DNA of 64,000 bases, from the NCBI GenBank assembly GCA_905205665.1, contig CAJLEF010000004.1, positions 15,582 through 79,581 on the forward strand, given 5' to 3'. The notes below the pieces were generated by a model that saw only the letters and a program-made list of their open reading frames with translations, made no database searches and was not told the origin of the DNA. Position numbers and translations under genes: made by a program. Positions 18,983 to 28,038 of this stretch are shown here, piece after piece; position 1 is the stretch's first letter, and each line of letters opens with the position of its first letter. The stretch is from an uncultured Bacillota bacterium (GTDB taxonomy: Bacteria; Bacillota_I; Bacilli_A; RF39; UBA660).

Positions 18983-20887
18983 ATGTTTTTTGATAATATA
19001 CACACACGTATAAGATTTTTCTTTTTATTAATTTTTTGTTTGTTATTTATTATTATTTGTCGAGTCTTTTATATCCAAGTTTTCTCTTATGATAAGCTAA
19101 GTTCTTTAGCGGAAAGTTTATGGAGTAGAAAACTTCCTATCGGGGCTGATCGGGGAGAAATTTATGACCGAAAGGGGCGTGTTTTAGCTACAAATCTTAC
19201 GACAACTTCATTGGTGCTTATTCCTAATCAAATAAAAAATCCGGAAGAAGTAGCGAAAAAACTAAGTGAAATTTTAAATAGTGATTATAATGATATGCTC
19301 GCTCATGTTGCAAAAAAGACAAGTATTGAAAGAGTTCATCCGGAGGGAAGACAACTCTCTTATGATATTGCTTCTAAAATTGAAGAACTTCATTTTGACG
19401 GCGTTTATTTGGTAAAAGAAAGTAAGAGATATTATCCCTATGGTACGGTTTTATCCCATGTCTTAGGTTATGTTGGCATTGATAATCAAGGGCTATCTGG
19501 TTTAGAGCTTACTTATGATAAATATTTAACAGGTGAAAATGGCGCTATAAAATATTTTTCGGATGGTAAAGGAAATCGTTTGGAGTTATCTGAAGTTTAT
19601 GAAGAACCTCAAAATGGTGTCAACTTGACACTTACTATTGACCTTGATTTACAGCTGGCTGCCGAAAGAGAACTGGATAATGCAGTGATGAAATATAATC
19701 CGGAACATGCGATTGCTCTAGCGATGGACCCAAATACGGGAGAAGTTTTAGCTATGGCTTCACGTCCTAATTTTGATTCGAATAATTATCAAGATTATGA
19801 CACGACCACGATTAACCGTAATTTACCTATTTGGATGACTTACGAACCTGGTTCTACTTTTAAAATAATGACGCTTGCTTCTTCCTTAGAAGAAAAGACT
19901 GTGAATTTATTTGAAGATACTTATTATGATTCCGGTTCTGTTTCGATAGATGGGGCAACCATCCATTGTTGGAAAAGTGGGGGTCATGGAGCCCAGACTT
20001 ATTTAAACGTGGTTGAAAATAGCTGTAACCCAGGCTTTGTCTCACTCGGAAATAAGCTCGGAGTTGATAAATTAATGTCTTATATTAATAAGTTTGGCTT
20101 CGGGGAAAAAACAGGTATTGATTTAAATGGGGAATCAAGTGGTATTTTGTTTAATCCGAGCCGAATGGGACCAGTTGAACTTGCCACAACAAGTTTTGGT
20201 CAAGGCATCAGTGTTACCCCAATTCAACAAGTTACCGCGGTTTCAGCAGTTATTAATAATGGCTATTTATACCAGCCATACATTGTAAAAAGCTTAGAAG
20301 AACCGGAAACCCAATCTATTGTTAAATTAAATGAACCCGTTTTAAGACGAAGAGTCATTAGTGAAGAAAGTAGTAAACTCGCTCGTTTTGCCTTAGAAAG
20401 CGTTGTGGCTAATGGTTCAGGTAGAAATGCTTATATTGAAAACTACCGGGTAGGTGGTAAAACAGGAACCGCCCAAAAAGTGGAAGATGGTCATTATTTA
20501 GATGGTAACTATATCTTATCGTTTGTTGGTTTTATGCCTGCCGATGACCCTAAGATAGTTGTTTATGTCGCTATTGATAACCCGAAAGGAGTCACTCAGT
20601 ATGGTGGAGTCGTGGCAGCTCCTATTGCTAAATCTATTTTAGAAACCGCTATCTCGGTTTTAAATATTGAAAGTTCTGACGAAGTCATGCCAAGAGAATA
20701 CAATTGGAACGATACCAAATATTATAAAATTCCGGATGTTGTTGGACAAACTAAGGAAGAAGCAAAAAAAAGTTTACAAGGCTTTCAAATAGAATATTCA
20801 GGGGAAGGAGAACATGTTTTGTATCAAAGTCCTAGTGGTAATTCTTATGTTAAAGAAAATGGAACAGTCTCTTTAATGCTTGGCTAA
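18983..20887 (+). CDS. Class B penicillin-binding protein (PBP2B/FtsI/SpoVD type) with a C-terminal PASTA domain
   Basis: N-terminal TM helix; SxxK (STFK), SxN (SCN) and KTG (KTGT) motifs; PASTA-like C-terminus. It sits upstream of mraY. Confidence 0.9.
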   Translation: MFFDNIHTRIRFFFLLIFCLLFIIICRVFYIQVFSYDKLSSLAESLWSRKLPIGADRGEIYDRKGRVLATNLTTTSLVLIPNQIKNPEEVAKKLSEILNSDYNDMLAHVAKKTSIERVHPEGRQLSYDIASKIEELHFDGVYLVKESKRYYPYGTVLSHVLGYVGIDNQGLSGLELTYDKYLTGENGAIKYFSDGKGNRLELSEVYEEPQNGVNLTLTIDLDLQLAAERELDNAVMKYNPEHAIALAMDPNTGEVLAMASRPNFDSNNYQDYDTTTINRNLPIWMTYEPGSTFKIMTLASSLEEKTVNLFEDTYYDSGSVSIDGATIHCWKSGGHGAQTYLNVVENSCNPGFVSLGNKLGVDKLMSYINKFGFGEKTGIDLNGESSGILFNPSRMGPVELATTSFGQGISVTPIQQVTAVSAVINNGYLYQPYIVKSLEEPETQSIVKLNEPVLRRRVISEESSKLARFALESVVANGSGRNAYIENYRVGGKTGTAQKVEDGHYLDGNYILSFVGFMPADDPKIVVYVAIDNPKGVTQYGGVVAAPIAKSILETAISVLNIESSDEVMPREYNWNDTKYYKIPDVVGQTKEEAKKSLQGFQIEYSGEGEHVLYQSPSGNSYVKENGTVSLMLG

Positions 20888-20970
20888 GTGTCTAATTATG
20901 TCAAGATAATTGTAAAAAAAAACGTCTTTTATAATTTTAGTGTATAATACGGGTAGGTAGGTGATTTTAT

Positions 20971-21963
20971 ATGCTTATTCTTGCAAAAACAGCGTTAGCA
21001 ATGATGTTAGGTTTTATTTTTGCAATTATAACCGGAATTATTGCAATTCCTTTATTAAAAAAGATAAATTTTAGACAACATGTCAGCCAAGTAATTGGTG
21101 AAAGACATTTGAAAAAAGAGGGAACTCCCACAATGGGCGGCATTATCTTTATTATCCCCGTACTATTAACTCTTTTCCTTCTTTACTTAAGAGGCAGTAT
21201 TGAGTTAAATCACAATTTAATTATTTTACTCTTTGTTTTCTTAGCGTATGCTTTCTTAGGTTTTATTGATGATTGGTTAAAAGTAAAATATCATAATAAT
21301 CAAGGTTTACGCATTTCTACTAAATTTTTAATTCAAATGGTGATTGCCCTTATTTTCTTTTATATCTTTATGAAAAATGGTGGAGAACCTGTTTTAAAAA
21401 TTTCATCTTTAAATCTTATTTTACCGATGGGATGGACCTTTGGCTTATTTATTTTATTCTTACTGGTCGGAACAAGTAATGCCGTTAATATCACGGACGG
21501 TTTAGATGGCCTTTGTGGGGGATTATCGATGATTGCCTTTGTCGCATTTGGTATCATCACTTGGAATACCACTTGGATGGAAGGATATCAAGAAGTTGCT
21601 ATTTTCTGTTTTGTATTAGTTGGAGCTTTACTTGGTTTCTTACTTTTCAACTCCAATCCTGCTAAAGTATTCATGGGAGACTTAGGAAGCTTATCTTTAG
21701 GCGCTGCGATGGCGACAGTGGCTATTATTACAAGACATGAACTTTCTTTAGCTTTAATTGGCGGTGTCTTTGTCGTAGAAACCTTATCTTCTATGATTCA
21801 AATTATAGCTATTCGTAAATTTCATCGTAAAGTATTTAAAATGGCGCCTTTACATCACCATTTTGAACAACTAGGTTACAGTGAAACTGATATTGTTAAA
21901 GCATTCTATGTGGTTGGTTTAATTCTTGCTATGGCAGCCATTACCTATGGTGTTTGGTTATAA
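20971..21963 (+). CDS. mraY: Phospho-N-acetylmuramoyl-pentapeptide transferase MraY
   Basis: GTPTMGG, NAVNITDGLDGL, FMGDLGSLSLG and APLHHHFE motifs. Confidence 0.93.
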   Translation: MLILAKTALAMMLGFIFAIITGIIAIPLLKKINFRQHVSQVIGERHLKKEGTPTMGGIIFIIPVLLTLFLLYLRGSIELNHNLIILLFVFLAYAFLGFIDDWLKVKYHNNQGLRISTKFLIQMVIALIFFYIFMKNGGEPVLKISSLNLILPMGWTFGLFILFLLVGTSNAVNITDGLDGLCGGLSMIAFVAFGIITWNTTWMEGYQEVAIFCFVLVGALLGFLLFNSNPAKVFMGDLGSLSLGAAMATVAIITRHELSLALIGGVFVVETLSSMIQIIAIRKFHRKVFKMAPLHHHFEQLGYSETDIVKAFYVVGLILAMAAITYGVWL

Positions 21964-21991
21964 AGCATTCGAAAAAGAGTGCTTTTTTTTC
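21963..21991 (+). terminator. Rho-independent terminator after mraY
   Basis: AGCATTC-gaaaaa-GAGTGCT stem (one G-U pair) followed by T8. Confidence 0.6.
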
Positions 21992-22044
21992 TTTTTCCTA
22001 GTAATTTAAGAAAATAACTGTTAATATAAGAAAAGGTGATAGTA

Positions 22045-22530
22045 ATGAAAGAAAGTAAAATTAAAGACTTATTTGAATATCCTAAAACTATTTATGTTTT
22101 TGATGTGGATGGCGTTTTAGCAAGACTAGAACTTGGTGAATATACCCATTATTTTTACAATGATGAAATGTGGGAAAAAGCTTTACAAAACCACAATTTC
22201 TATGATGAAATGCGTCCAATTATTAGTATGCAAGATTTTATCCAAAAAAGAAATAAAGAACATATTTATGTTGCTACAAGGGTTTATAACGAGGTAGAAT
22301 ACGAACAAAAAATATCTTTTTTAGAAAAACATTATGGCATTTTAAAAGATCATGTTTACCTTGTTTATAATAATGATGAAAAGTTAGATGTTATGAATAA
22401 AATTAAAGAATTAAACCCTAACTTAGAAGATAAATATTTTGTAATGATTGATGATACGGTTGAAGTTTTGAATCATATTATGGATAATTCTAACTTTAGT
22501 ACGGTTCATATTAGTAGTTTCTTACAATAG
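22045..22530 (+). CDS. HAD-superfamily hydrolase (nucleotidase-like)
   Basis: Motif I VFDVDGVLA and the late acidic motif MIDDT. Confidence 0.5.
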   Translation: MKESKIKDLFEYPKTIYVFDVDGVLARLELGEYTHYFYNDEMWEKALQNHNFYDEMRPIISMQDFIQKRNKEHIYVATRVYNEVEYEQKISFLEKHYGILKDHVYLVYNNDEKLDVMNKIKELNPNLEDKYFVMIDDTVEVLNHIMDNSNFSTVHISSFLQ

Positions 22531-22581
22531 TTTGAAACTTTTTTTCATTTTAAGACTCTTATTTAGTGAAGGGTGAAAAAT

Positions 22582-23046
22582 ATGCAAGAATTTAATGAAT
22601 TTTATGAACAAACCTATGTAAAGTTTTATCGCTTTATTATTTTAAATATTCCTAATATTTCTAATACCGATGATATTTTACAAGAAGCTTATTTAAAAAT
22701 GTTTAAGATTTTAAAGAAAAAGAAAATCGTAGATAAAGAAGCTTATCTTTATAAAGTAGGGTGGAATCTTATTAAAAAAGAATTTAAACTAAAGGATAGT
22801 TTACCACTTAATGAAGAATTAGGTTTATGTACCAATAACACTTATGATGGGGTTTTACAAAAAATGGATTTAGAAACCATTTATAATTATCTAAAAACTA
22901 AAGATATTTTAGTACAAAAAGCTTTTTATCTTTATTATTATGGACTTAGTTTAGAAGCAATTGCTACTACCTTAAATATTTCTTTATCGAAAGTGAAAAA
23001 TGATATTTATAGAACCCTTAAAGAATTGAAAGGAGTTTTACAATGA
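22582..23046 (+). CDS. ECF-type RNA polymerase sigma factor
   Basis: Region 2-like DDILQEAYLKMF and a region 4 HTH (LSLEAIATTLNISLSKVKNDIYR). Confidence 0.7.
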   Translation: MQEFNEFYEQTYVKFYRFIILNIPNISNTDDILQEAYLKMFKILKKKKIVDKEAYLYKVGWNLIKKEFKLKDSLPLNEELGLCTNNTYDGVLQKMDLETIYNYLKTKDILVQKAFYLYYYGLSLEAIATTLNISLSKVKNDIYRTLKELKGVLQ

Positions 23047-23705
23047 AAAATTCACAAAGTCAAAATTATCAAATGATTATGAAGAAAAAACATAAAAAAG
23101 AACATCTTCAAAATGGAGTGTTAAGTAGTGCTGTGCTTGTTTTGGTTATTGGTTTATTATTTTTCTATAAAGTAGAGAAAAACTATTTTGGAGATAAGAT
23201 TGTTTGGAATGAAGGAAGTGTAGCTGTAAAAAACACCGGAATGGTAGATACAACTACTCGCTTTGAAGAAAATTTGAACGAAGAAGAAAATGAAGAATTT
23301 AATCGTTTATTAAATAATTATAAAAGTGAATCAAATGATTTTATAAGAGGGCAATTAATAGATATTTCAAAACATCAATTGAAAATTTATCAACTTATTA
23401 ATAATGATTATTATAATAATTATTATGATGAACAGGCTTTTAAATTAAGCATTACTATTTCTAATGAAAAAATAGATGGAATTTCTTTTGGCTGTATGAC
23501 ATTTGATTTTAATATTTCTTCTTCAATTAATAGAGAATCTTCTTTGATAAATGGTCATTCTCTTATTTTAACGAAAGGTTATACTAGAACAGGTAGTGAA
23601 ATTTATTACCAAGCGAGATTTAATTATCAAGATTGGTGGTATATTATTACTTCTAAAGACGAAGAAAAAATACTTTCCATTGTGAAAAGTATTTTAACGT
23701 CCTAA
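23043..23705 (+). CDS. Putative single-pass anti-sigma factor
   Basis: ATGA overlap with the sigma gene, one TM helix, and no other motif. Confidence 0.35.
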   Translation: MKNSQSQNYQMIMKKKHKKEHLQNGVLSSAVLVLVIGLLFFYKVEKNYFGDKIVWNEGSVAVKNTGMVDTTTRFEENLNEEENEEFNRLLNNYKSESNDFIRGQLIDISKHQLKIYQLINNDYYNNYYDEQAFKLSITISNEKIDGISFGCMTFDFNISSSINRESSLINGHSLILTKGYTRTGSEIYYQARFNYQDWWYIITSKDEEKILSIVKSILTS

Positions 23706-24674
23706 TTATTTTTCAATATAAAAAGCATAATATTCATCAAAAGTAATATCTTCATCATGCATTGTTTTAGCGGCTTCTAAACCAACATAACGCCAATGCC
23801 ATGATTCAGGATTATAGCCTGTTAAATAAGTTTTTCCTTCTGGGTATCTTTCAATAAAACCATATTTATAAGCATTTTCTTTTAACCATTCATAAGCTTT
23901 ACTGTCTGTAAAACTATCGGCTAAGGGTTCTGTTTTACTGGTCATATCAATAACTAAACCGGTTTGATGTTCAGAGTGTCCGGGACGAGCGGCTGTTTCA
24001 TCAGCTTTTCTTTCACCCCAGGTAGATACCCGGTAGTCATAAATTTCTTTTTGACTTTCATAATCTCGGTAACTAGAGGTTACCATCAGATAAAATCCCT
24101 GGTCATTGGCTGCTTGCCATAATTCTAAAAATTTGTCATAGGCATAATCTATAAGTTTATTTTTACCTTCCTCGTCATAAGCATAAGTTAGATCAATATT
24201 TTTTAAATTTTCGGGTGTATAAGTTTCACTTAAAGCGTAAAATTTATTGACGTTCATGAGCATACCTAAATCTTCGTTGGTATTAAGTTCTAGTTGATAC
24301 CATTTATGATTTGCATGAACATTCACAATAGAAATTACTTTGGCATAATCGGTTTCATTATTTTTATTGATATATTCTTTGTAGTCTTCTAAGTTTTTTT
24401 CTAAGAAATATTTTTGTTCTAAAAGACTAATAATCTTATCATCTTTATTATTATCAATCAGTTTTTGCTGTTCTGTTTCACTAAGTTTTGCAAAAATAGT
24501 TTTGGTATCTTCTAAACTATAGCCTTTTTCTAAAAGTTTGTATTCATTTGTTTGTTTATATTGATAGTCGTTATAATAGTTGATACCAAGAAGAATACCC
24601 ACTATTAAAAAGACAATAAAGGCGCCAAAATAATAAACTTTTTTCTTTAATTTTAATCGCTTTTTCTTTTTCAT
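23706..24674 (-). CDS. M15B D-Ala-D-Ala / LD-carboxypeptidase (VanY/LdcB family)
   Basis: N-terminal anchor, SSYRDYESQ, HSEHQTGLVIDM and ESWHWRYVG motifs. Confidence 0.8.
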   Translation of the reverse strand: MKKKKRLKLKKKVYYFGAFIVFLIVGILLGINYYNDYQYKQTNEYKLLEKGYSLEDTKTIFAKLSETEQQKLIDNNKDDKIISLLEQKYFLEKNLEDYKEYINKNNETDYAKVISIVNVHANHKWYQLELNTNEDLGMLMNVNKFYALSETYTPENLKNIDLTYAYDEEGKNKLIDYAYDKFLELWQAANDQGFYLMVTSSYRDYESQKEIYDYRVSTWGERKADETAARPGHSEHQTGLVIDMTSKTEPLADSFTDSKAYEWLKENAYKYGFIERYPEGKTYLTGYNPESWHWRYVGLEAAKTMHDEDITFDEYYAFYIEK

Positions 24675-24774
24675 ATCAAAGCCTCATTTCTAGCTTCATT
24701 ATAGCAATTTTCCTTGCTATTTTCCATCATTTGTTGTAACATTTACTTAAGAGTAGTAAAGGATAGGTGGTACA

Positions 24775-25143
24775 ATGAACGAAAAAGGAAAAGAAATACT
24801 TGCAAAGTGTCCTAATTTTAATCGTATTGTCAATTTTGACTATGCGAAAGACGACCAAATTACTGCAAAACTAATAACGGTTTACCGTGACTATATATTT
24901 AAAATTAATTTAGAAGATGAAAGTGAAGTAAAAAGCGTCACTGAAATTGATTATGTTTTAGGAAGATATATTGATGACTATCAATTTAGAAGAGAACTAC
25001 GATGTGAGATAGTTCATGTCAAAATTAAGAAAGGTTTGTCTTTCTTTGAAAGCTTAAAAGCTATTGTTTATAGCATTTTACATATTTTTGATAATTATTT
25101 AGAAAATTCAACCCGGAGAATATCCATAGCAAGATGGATTTAG
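24775..25143 (+). CDS. Hypothetical protein (122 aa)
   Basis: ORF with an AGGTGG Shine-Dalgarno and no recognised motif. Confidence 0.4.
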   Translation: MNEKGKEILAKCPNFNRIVNFDYAKDDQITAKLITVYRDYIFKINLEDESEVKSVTEIDYVLGRYIDDYQFRRELRCEIVHVKIKKGLSFFESLKAIVYSILHIFDNYLENSTRRISIARWI

Positions 25144-25195
25144 ACTTGTTTCTTAAAATAAATTTTGGTATAATCACTTTTGTCGGAGGTAGCAT

Positions 25196-25312
25196 ATGAA
25201 AGTTTACAAGAAAAATTTACCAGATGGTATTAAAAAAATGTTTGCTTTAGAAAAAGGCGTAAAAGTTAAATATTTAAATAAAAAATACTATGACAAGAAA
25301 AAAACAAAATAA
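25196..25312 (+). CDS. Candidate small lysine-rich protein (38 aa), not in the ORF track
   Basis: GGAGGT Shine-Dalgarno lies 6 nt before the ATG. Upstream is TTGTTT-17-TATAAT with an extended TG (25146-25174). Sequence: MKVYKKNLPDGIKKMFALEKGVKVKYLNKKYYDKKKTK. Confidence 0.3.
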   Translation: MKVYKKNLPDGIKKMFALEKGVKVKYLNKKYYDKKKTK

Positions 25313-25315
25313 GAC

Positions 25316-25344
25316 TTGCATGACAGGAAATATTTTGTTATAAT
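25316..25344 (+). promoter_or_regulatory. Sigma-A type promoter for tRNA-Met
   Basis: TTGCAT, 17-nt spacer, TATAAT, ending 14 nt before the tRNA 5' end. Confidence 0.5.
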
Positions 25345-25358
25345 CATCTTGTTCTTTT

Positions 25359-25435
25359 GGCGGGATAGCTCAGCTGGCTAGAGCGACCGGTTCATACCCG
25401 GTAGGTCGGGAGTTCAAGTCTCTCTCCCGCTACCA
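25359..25435 (+). tRNA. Elongator tRNA-Met (anticodon CAT), CCA encoded
   Basis: The cloverleaf was folded by hand: 7-bp acceptor stem, GCTCAGCTGGCTAGAGC D-arm, ACCGG/CCGGT anticodon stem with CAT at 25393-25395, GGGAG-TTCAAGT-CTCTC T-arm, and ACCA tail. It closely resembles Bacillus elongator tRNA-Met. A lysidine-modified tRNA-Ile is not formally excluded. Confidence 0.88.
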
Positions 25436-25470
25436 AAAAGATAGTAACTTGATTATTTCAAGTTTATATG

Positions 25471-25500
25471 AGTCATTATCCTCGGATAGTGGCTTTTTTT
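25471..25500 (+). terminator. Rho-independent terminator after the tRNA
   Basis: 11-bp stem AGTCATTATCC/GGATAGTGGCT (two G-U pairs) followed by T7. Confidence 0.6.
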
Positions 25501-25530
25501 ATAAAAATAAGTAAAGAAAGATGGAATTTT

Positions 25531-27729
25531 ATGGGAAAGATAGAAGGTAAGATTCGAAATGTTATTTTTAATAGTGAGTCGGGTTTTTTAGTCGCTGTTT
25601 TCAGAGTTAAAAAAGCTCATGACGAACTTTTAAAAGAGTTAGAAGGTAAAAGTATTACTATAACAGGTATGATGGCGGAACAAAATACAGAAGATACTTA
25701 TGTTTTAGAAGGTAGCTATATTCGTCATGAAAGATATGGAATGCAATTTTCTTTTCAAACTTATGAAAAAAAATTACCTGAAGGAAAAGATGGTGTCATT
25801 GATTTTCTAGCCAGTCCTTTAATTAAAGGCTGTGGTATTAAAACCGCGGAACAAATTGTCGCTACTTTAGGAGAAGATGCCTTAAAACTTATTAAAGAAA
25901 ATAAAGAAAATTTATTTTTAGTGCCTGGCATGACTCCTAAAAAATGTGAAGCAATTTATATAAGTGTTTTATCTTATTCTGAAGTCGATGATACGATTAT
26001 TAAATTAAAAAATTTAGGCTTTTCCATGAATGAAGCTACTAAACTTATTAAACATTATCAAGACAAAACCATGGTTTTTGTCGAACAGAATCTTTACCTT
26101 TTTAAAGAATTTATTCCTTTTAATAAATTAGATGCTATTTATTTAAAAATTCATGAGGCCGATGATGCTTTACGTATTAAAGAATGCTTAAAAGAAGCGA
26201 TGGAAAGACAAAGTAGAGAAAGTGGAGATGCTTACTACTATTTAGATGAAATAAAAGAAAAAGTAAAAAAAGAATTTCAAATTCTTTTAGAGGATGATAC
26301 TTTAGAAAAATATTTAGATGAATTAGTAAATAGTAAAGATGTTATCATTGAAGAAGATAATATTTATTTAAAAAAATATTATGATATGGAATGTGATATT
26401 GCTCATATTTTAAAAAGAATGAGTACATATCCTAAGAAAAGTATTAAAGGATTAAAAGAAAAATTAGGCTATTTAGAAGATGTTTTAGAGGTAAAGTATA
26501 ATAAAGATCAAGAAACCGCGATTATGACGGCTTTACAAAATCCTGTTTCGATTATTTCGGGAGGTCCAGGTACTGGTAAAACAACTATTGTAAATGCTAT
26601 TACGAGACTATTTATTGAAGTATATAAACTTTCTCCTTTAGAAGTTTCTAGCCAAATAGCTCTTTTAGCCCCGACGGGAAGAGCGGCTAAAAAACTTTCG
26701 ACAAGCACCCATTTACCCGCTTCTACCATTCATCGATATTTAAAATGGAATAAAGATACGAATGATTTTCAAATTAACGAATATAATAAAAATTATCAAA
26801 AACTCATTATTGTTGATGAAACTAGTATGATTGATGAATATTTATTTGTTTCTTTATTAAAAGGTATACCCGAATCAAGTCAAATTGTTTTTGTTGGGGA
26901 TACTTTTCAACTTCCAAGTGTGGGAGCTGGTTTGATTTTAAATGATTTAGTTACTTCTCAACTTTTTCCTTATACATCCTTAGATATGATTTATAGACAA
27001 AGTGAGAATTCTTATATTCCTATTTTAGCCAAAGAAATTAAAGAAAAGAATTTAAGTGAATCTTTTTTGGAAAAGAAAGATGACTATAATTTTCTTCCTT
27101 GTGAAGCAAAGAATTTAAAAGAAATGATAAGACAAATTATTTTAAGAAGTCAAAGTAAAGGTTTAAAAGTCGAAGATGTTCAAATTCTGGCCCCTATGTA
27201 TAAGGGAGAAAATGGCATTGATAATTTAAATGTCTTATTGCAAGAGCTTTTTAATCCTCACGACGAGACTAAAAAGGAATTAAAATACTTTGATGTTGTT
27301 TACAGGGAAAAAGACAAAGTTTTACAACTTATCAATAATCCGGATTGCAATGTTTATAATGGCGATATTGGTTATATTGATTCTATTAAAGAAGTAGATA
27401 ATCCTTATAAACATAATGAGGTTACGATTGATTTTGATGGTAATAAAGTCGTGTATAAAACAGAAGACTTACAAAGTATTAAACATGCTTATGCCATGAC
27501 GATTCATAAAAGTCAAGGTAGCGAATTTCCTCATGTTATTTTACCAGTTACCAAAAATTACTATAAAATGCTTTACAATAAACTCATTTACACAGGAGTA
27601 TCAAGAGCTAAAAAAAGTCTCGTGATTATTGGTGAAAAAGAAGCTTTCATGATGAGTGTTTATAATGATTATGCCACAAATCGTAAAACAGGCTTAAAAG
27701 AAAAGTTGATGTATAATTTCAAAGTTTAA
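25531..27729 (+). CDS. recD2: RecD2-type ATP-dependent DNA helicase (YrrC-like)
   Basis: GGPGTGKT Walker A, LIIVDETSM, QLPSVGAG, and C-terminal AMTIHKSQGSEF and YTGVSRAK. I moved the start to the ATG at 25531 because the ORF-track start at 25468 overlaps the tRNA terminator. Confidence 0.9.
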   Translation: MGKIEGKIRNVIFNSESGFLVAVFRVKKAHDELLKELEGKSITITGMMAEQNTEDTYVLEGSYIRHERYGMQFSFQTYEKKLPEGKDGVIDFLASPLIKGCGIKTAEQIVATLGEDALKLIKENKENLFLVPGMTPKKCEAIYISVLSYSEVDDTIIKLKNLGFSMNEATKLIKHYQDKTMVFVEQNLYLFKEFIPFNKLDAIYLKIHEADDALRIKECLKEAMERQSRESGDAYYYLDEIKEKVKKEFQILLEDDTLEKYLDELVNSKDVIIEEDNIYLKKYYDMECDIAHILKRMSTYPKKSIKGLKEKLGYLEDVLEVKYNKDQETAIMTALQNPVSIISGGPGTGKTTIVNAITRLFIEVYKLSPLEVSSQIALLAPTGRAAKKLSTSTHLPASTIHRYLKWNKDTNDFQINEYNKNYQKLIIVDETSMIDEYLFVSLLKGIPESSQIVFVGDTFQLPSVGAGLILNDLVTSQLFPYTSLDMIYRQSENSYIPILAKEIKEKNLSESFLEKKDDYNFLPCEAKNLKEMIRQIILRSQSKGLKVEDVQILAPMYKGENGIDNLNVLLQELFNPHDETKKELKYFDVVYREKDKVLQLINNPDCNVYNGDIGYIDSIKEVDNPYKHNEVTIDFDGNKVVYKTEDLQSIKHAYAMTIHKSQGSEFPHVILPVTKNYYKMLYNKLIYTGVSRAKKSLVIIGEKEAFMMSVYNDYATNRKTGLKEKLMYNFKV

Positions 27730-27757
27730 AACCATATTAAACTTGAGGTGAAGAAAA

Positions 27758-27925
27758 TGAAAAATATGTTAACAGGCGTATTAATAGGTATGACGGCTGG
27801 CATGGGTGTATCTGCCTATTGTCTTTCTAATCCATCTGTTTCTAGAAAAACTAACAAAATGCTTAATAAAGCAATGGATAACGCGAATATGATGATGGAT
27901 GATGTGAAAAGAAAAATGCGTTAAA
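27758..27925 (+). CDS. Small membrane protein (55 aa), not in the ORF track
   Basis: GAGGTG Shine-Dalgarno, a glycine-zipper TM helix (LTGVLIGMTAGMGVSAY), and an immediate terminator. It competes with the listed minus-strand ORF 27781..28002. Confidence 0.45.
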
Positions 27926-27946
27926 GGCTCAAAAAGCCTTTTTTTC
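27925..27946 (+). terminator. Rho-independent terminator
   Basis: AAGGCT-caaaa-AGCCTT stem followed by T7. Confidence 0.6.
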
Positions 27947-27980
27947 ATTCTAAAAAATTTTAATGGTTTCAAAATTATCC

Positions 27981-28009
27981 TTGATTTACCTAGGTAAAAC
28001 ATATATAAT
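27981..28009 (+). promoter_or_regulatory. Sigma-A type promoter for the surface protein gene
   Basis: TTGATT, 17-nt spacer, TATAAT. Confidence 0.4.
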
Positions 28010-28038
28010 TTTAATAGAGTAGAATACGAGGGAAGAAT

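Noticed and set aside
25468-25530. Upstream extension of the recD2 ORF
   Set aside because: It overlaps the tRNA-Met terminator hairpin. The conserved RecD2 N-terminus starts at the ATG at 25531.
27781-28002. Listed minus-strand ORF (73 aa)
   Set aside because: It has no Shine-Dalgarno and an odd His/Arg/Phe-rich composition. It runs antisense through a plus-strand small ORF that has a Shine-Dalgarno and a terminator, and through the promoter of the next gene. It is probably a shadow ORF.
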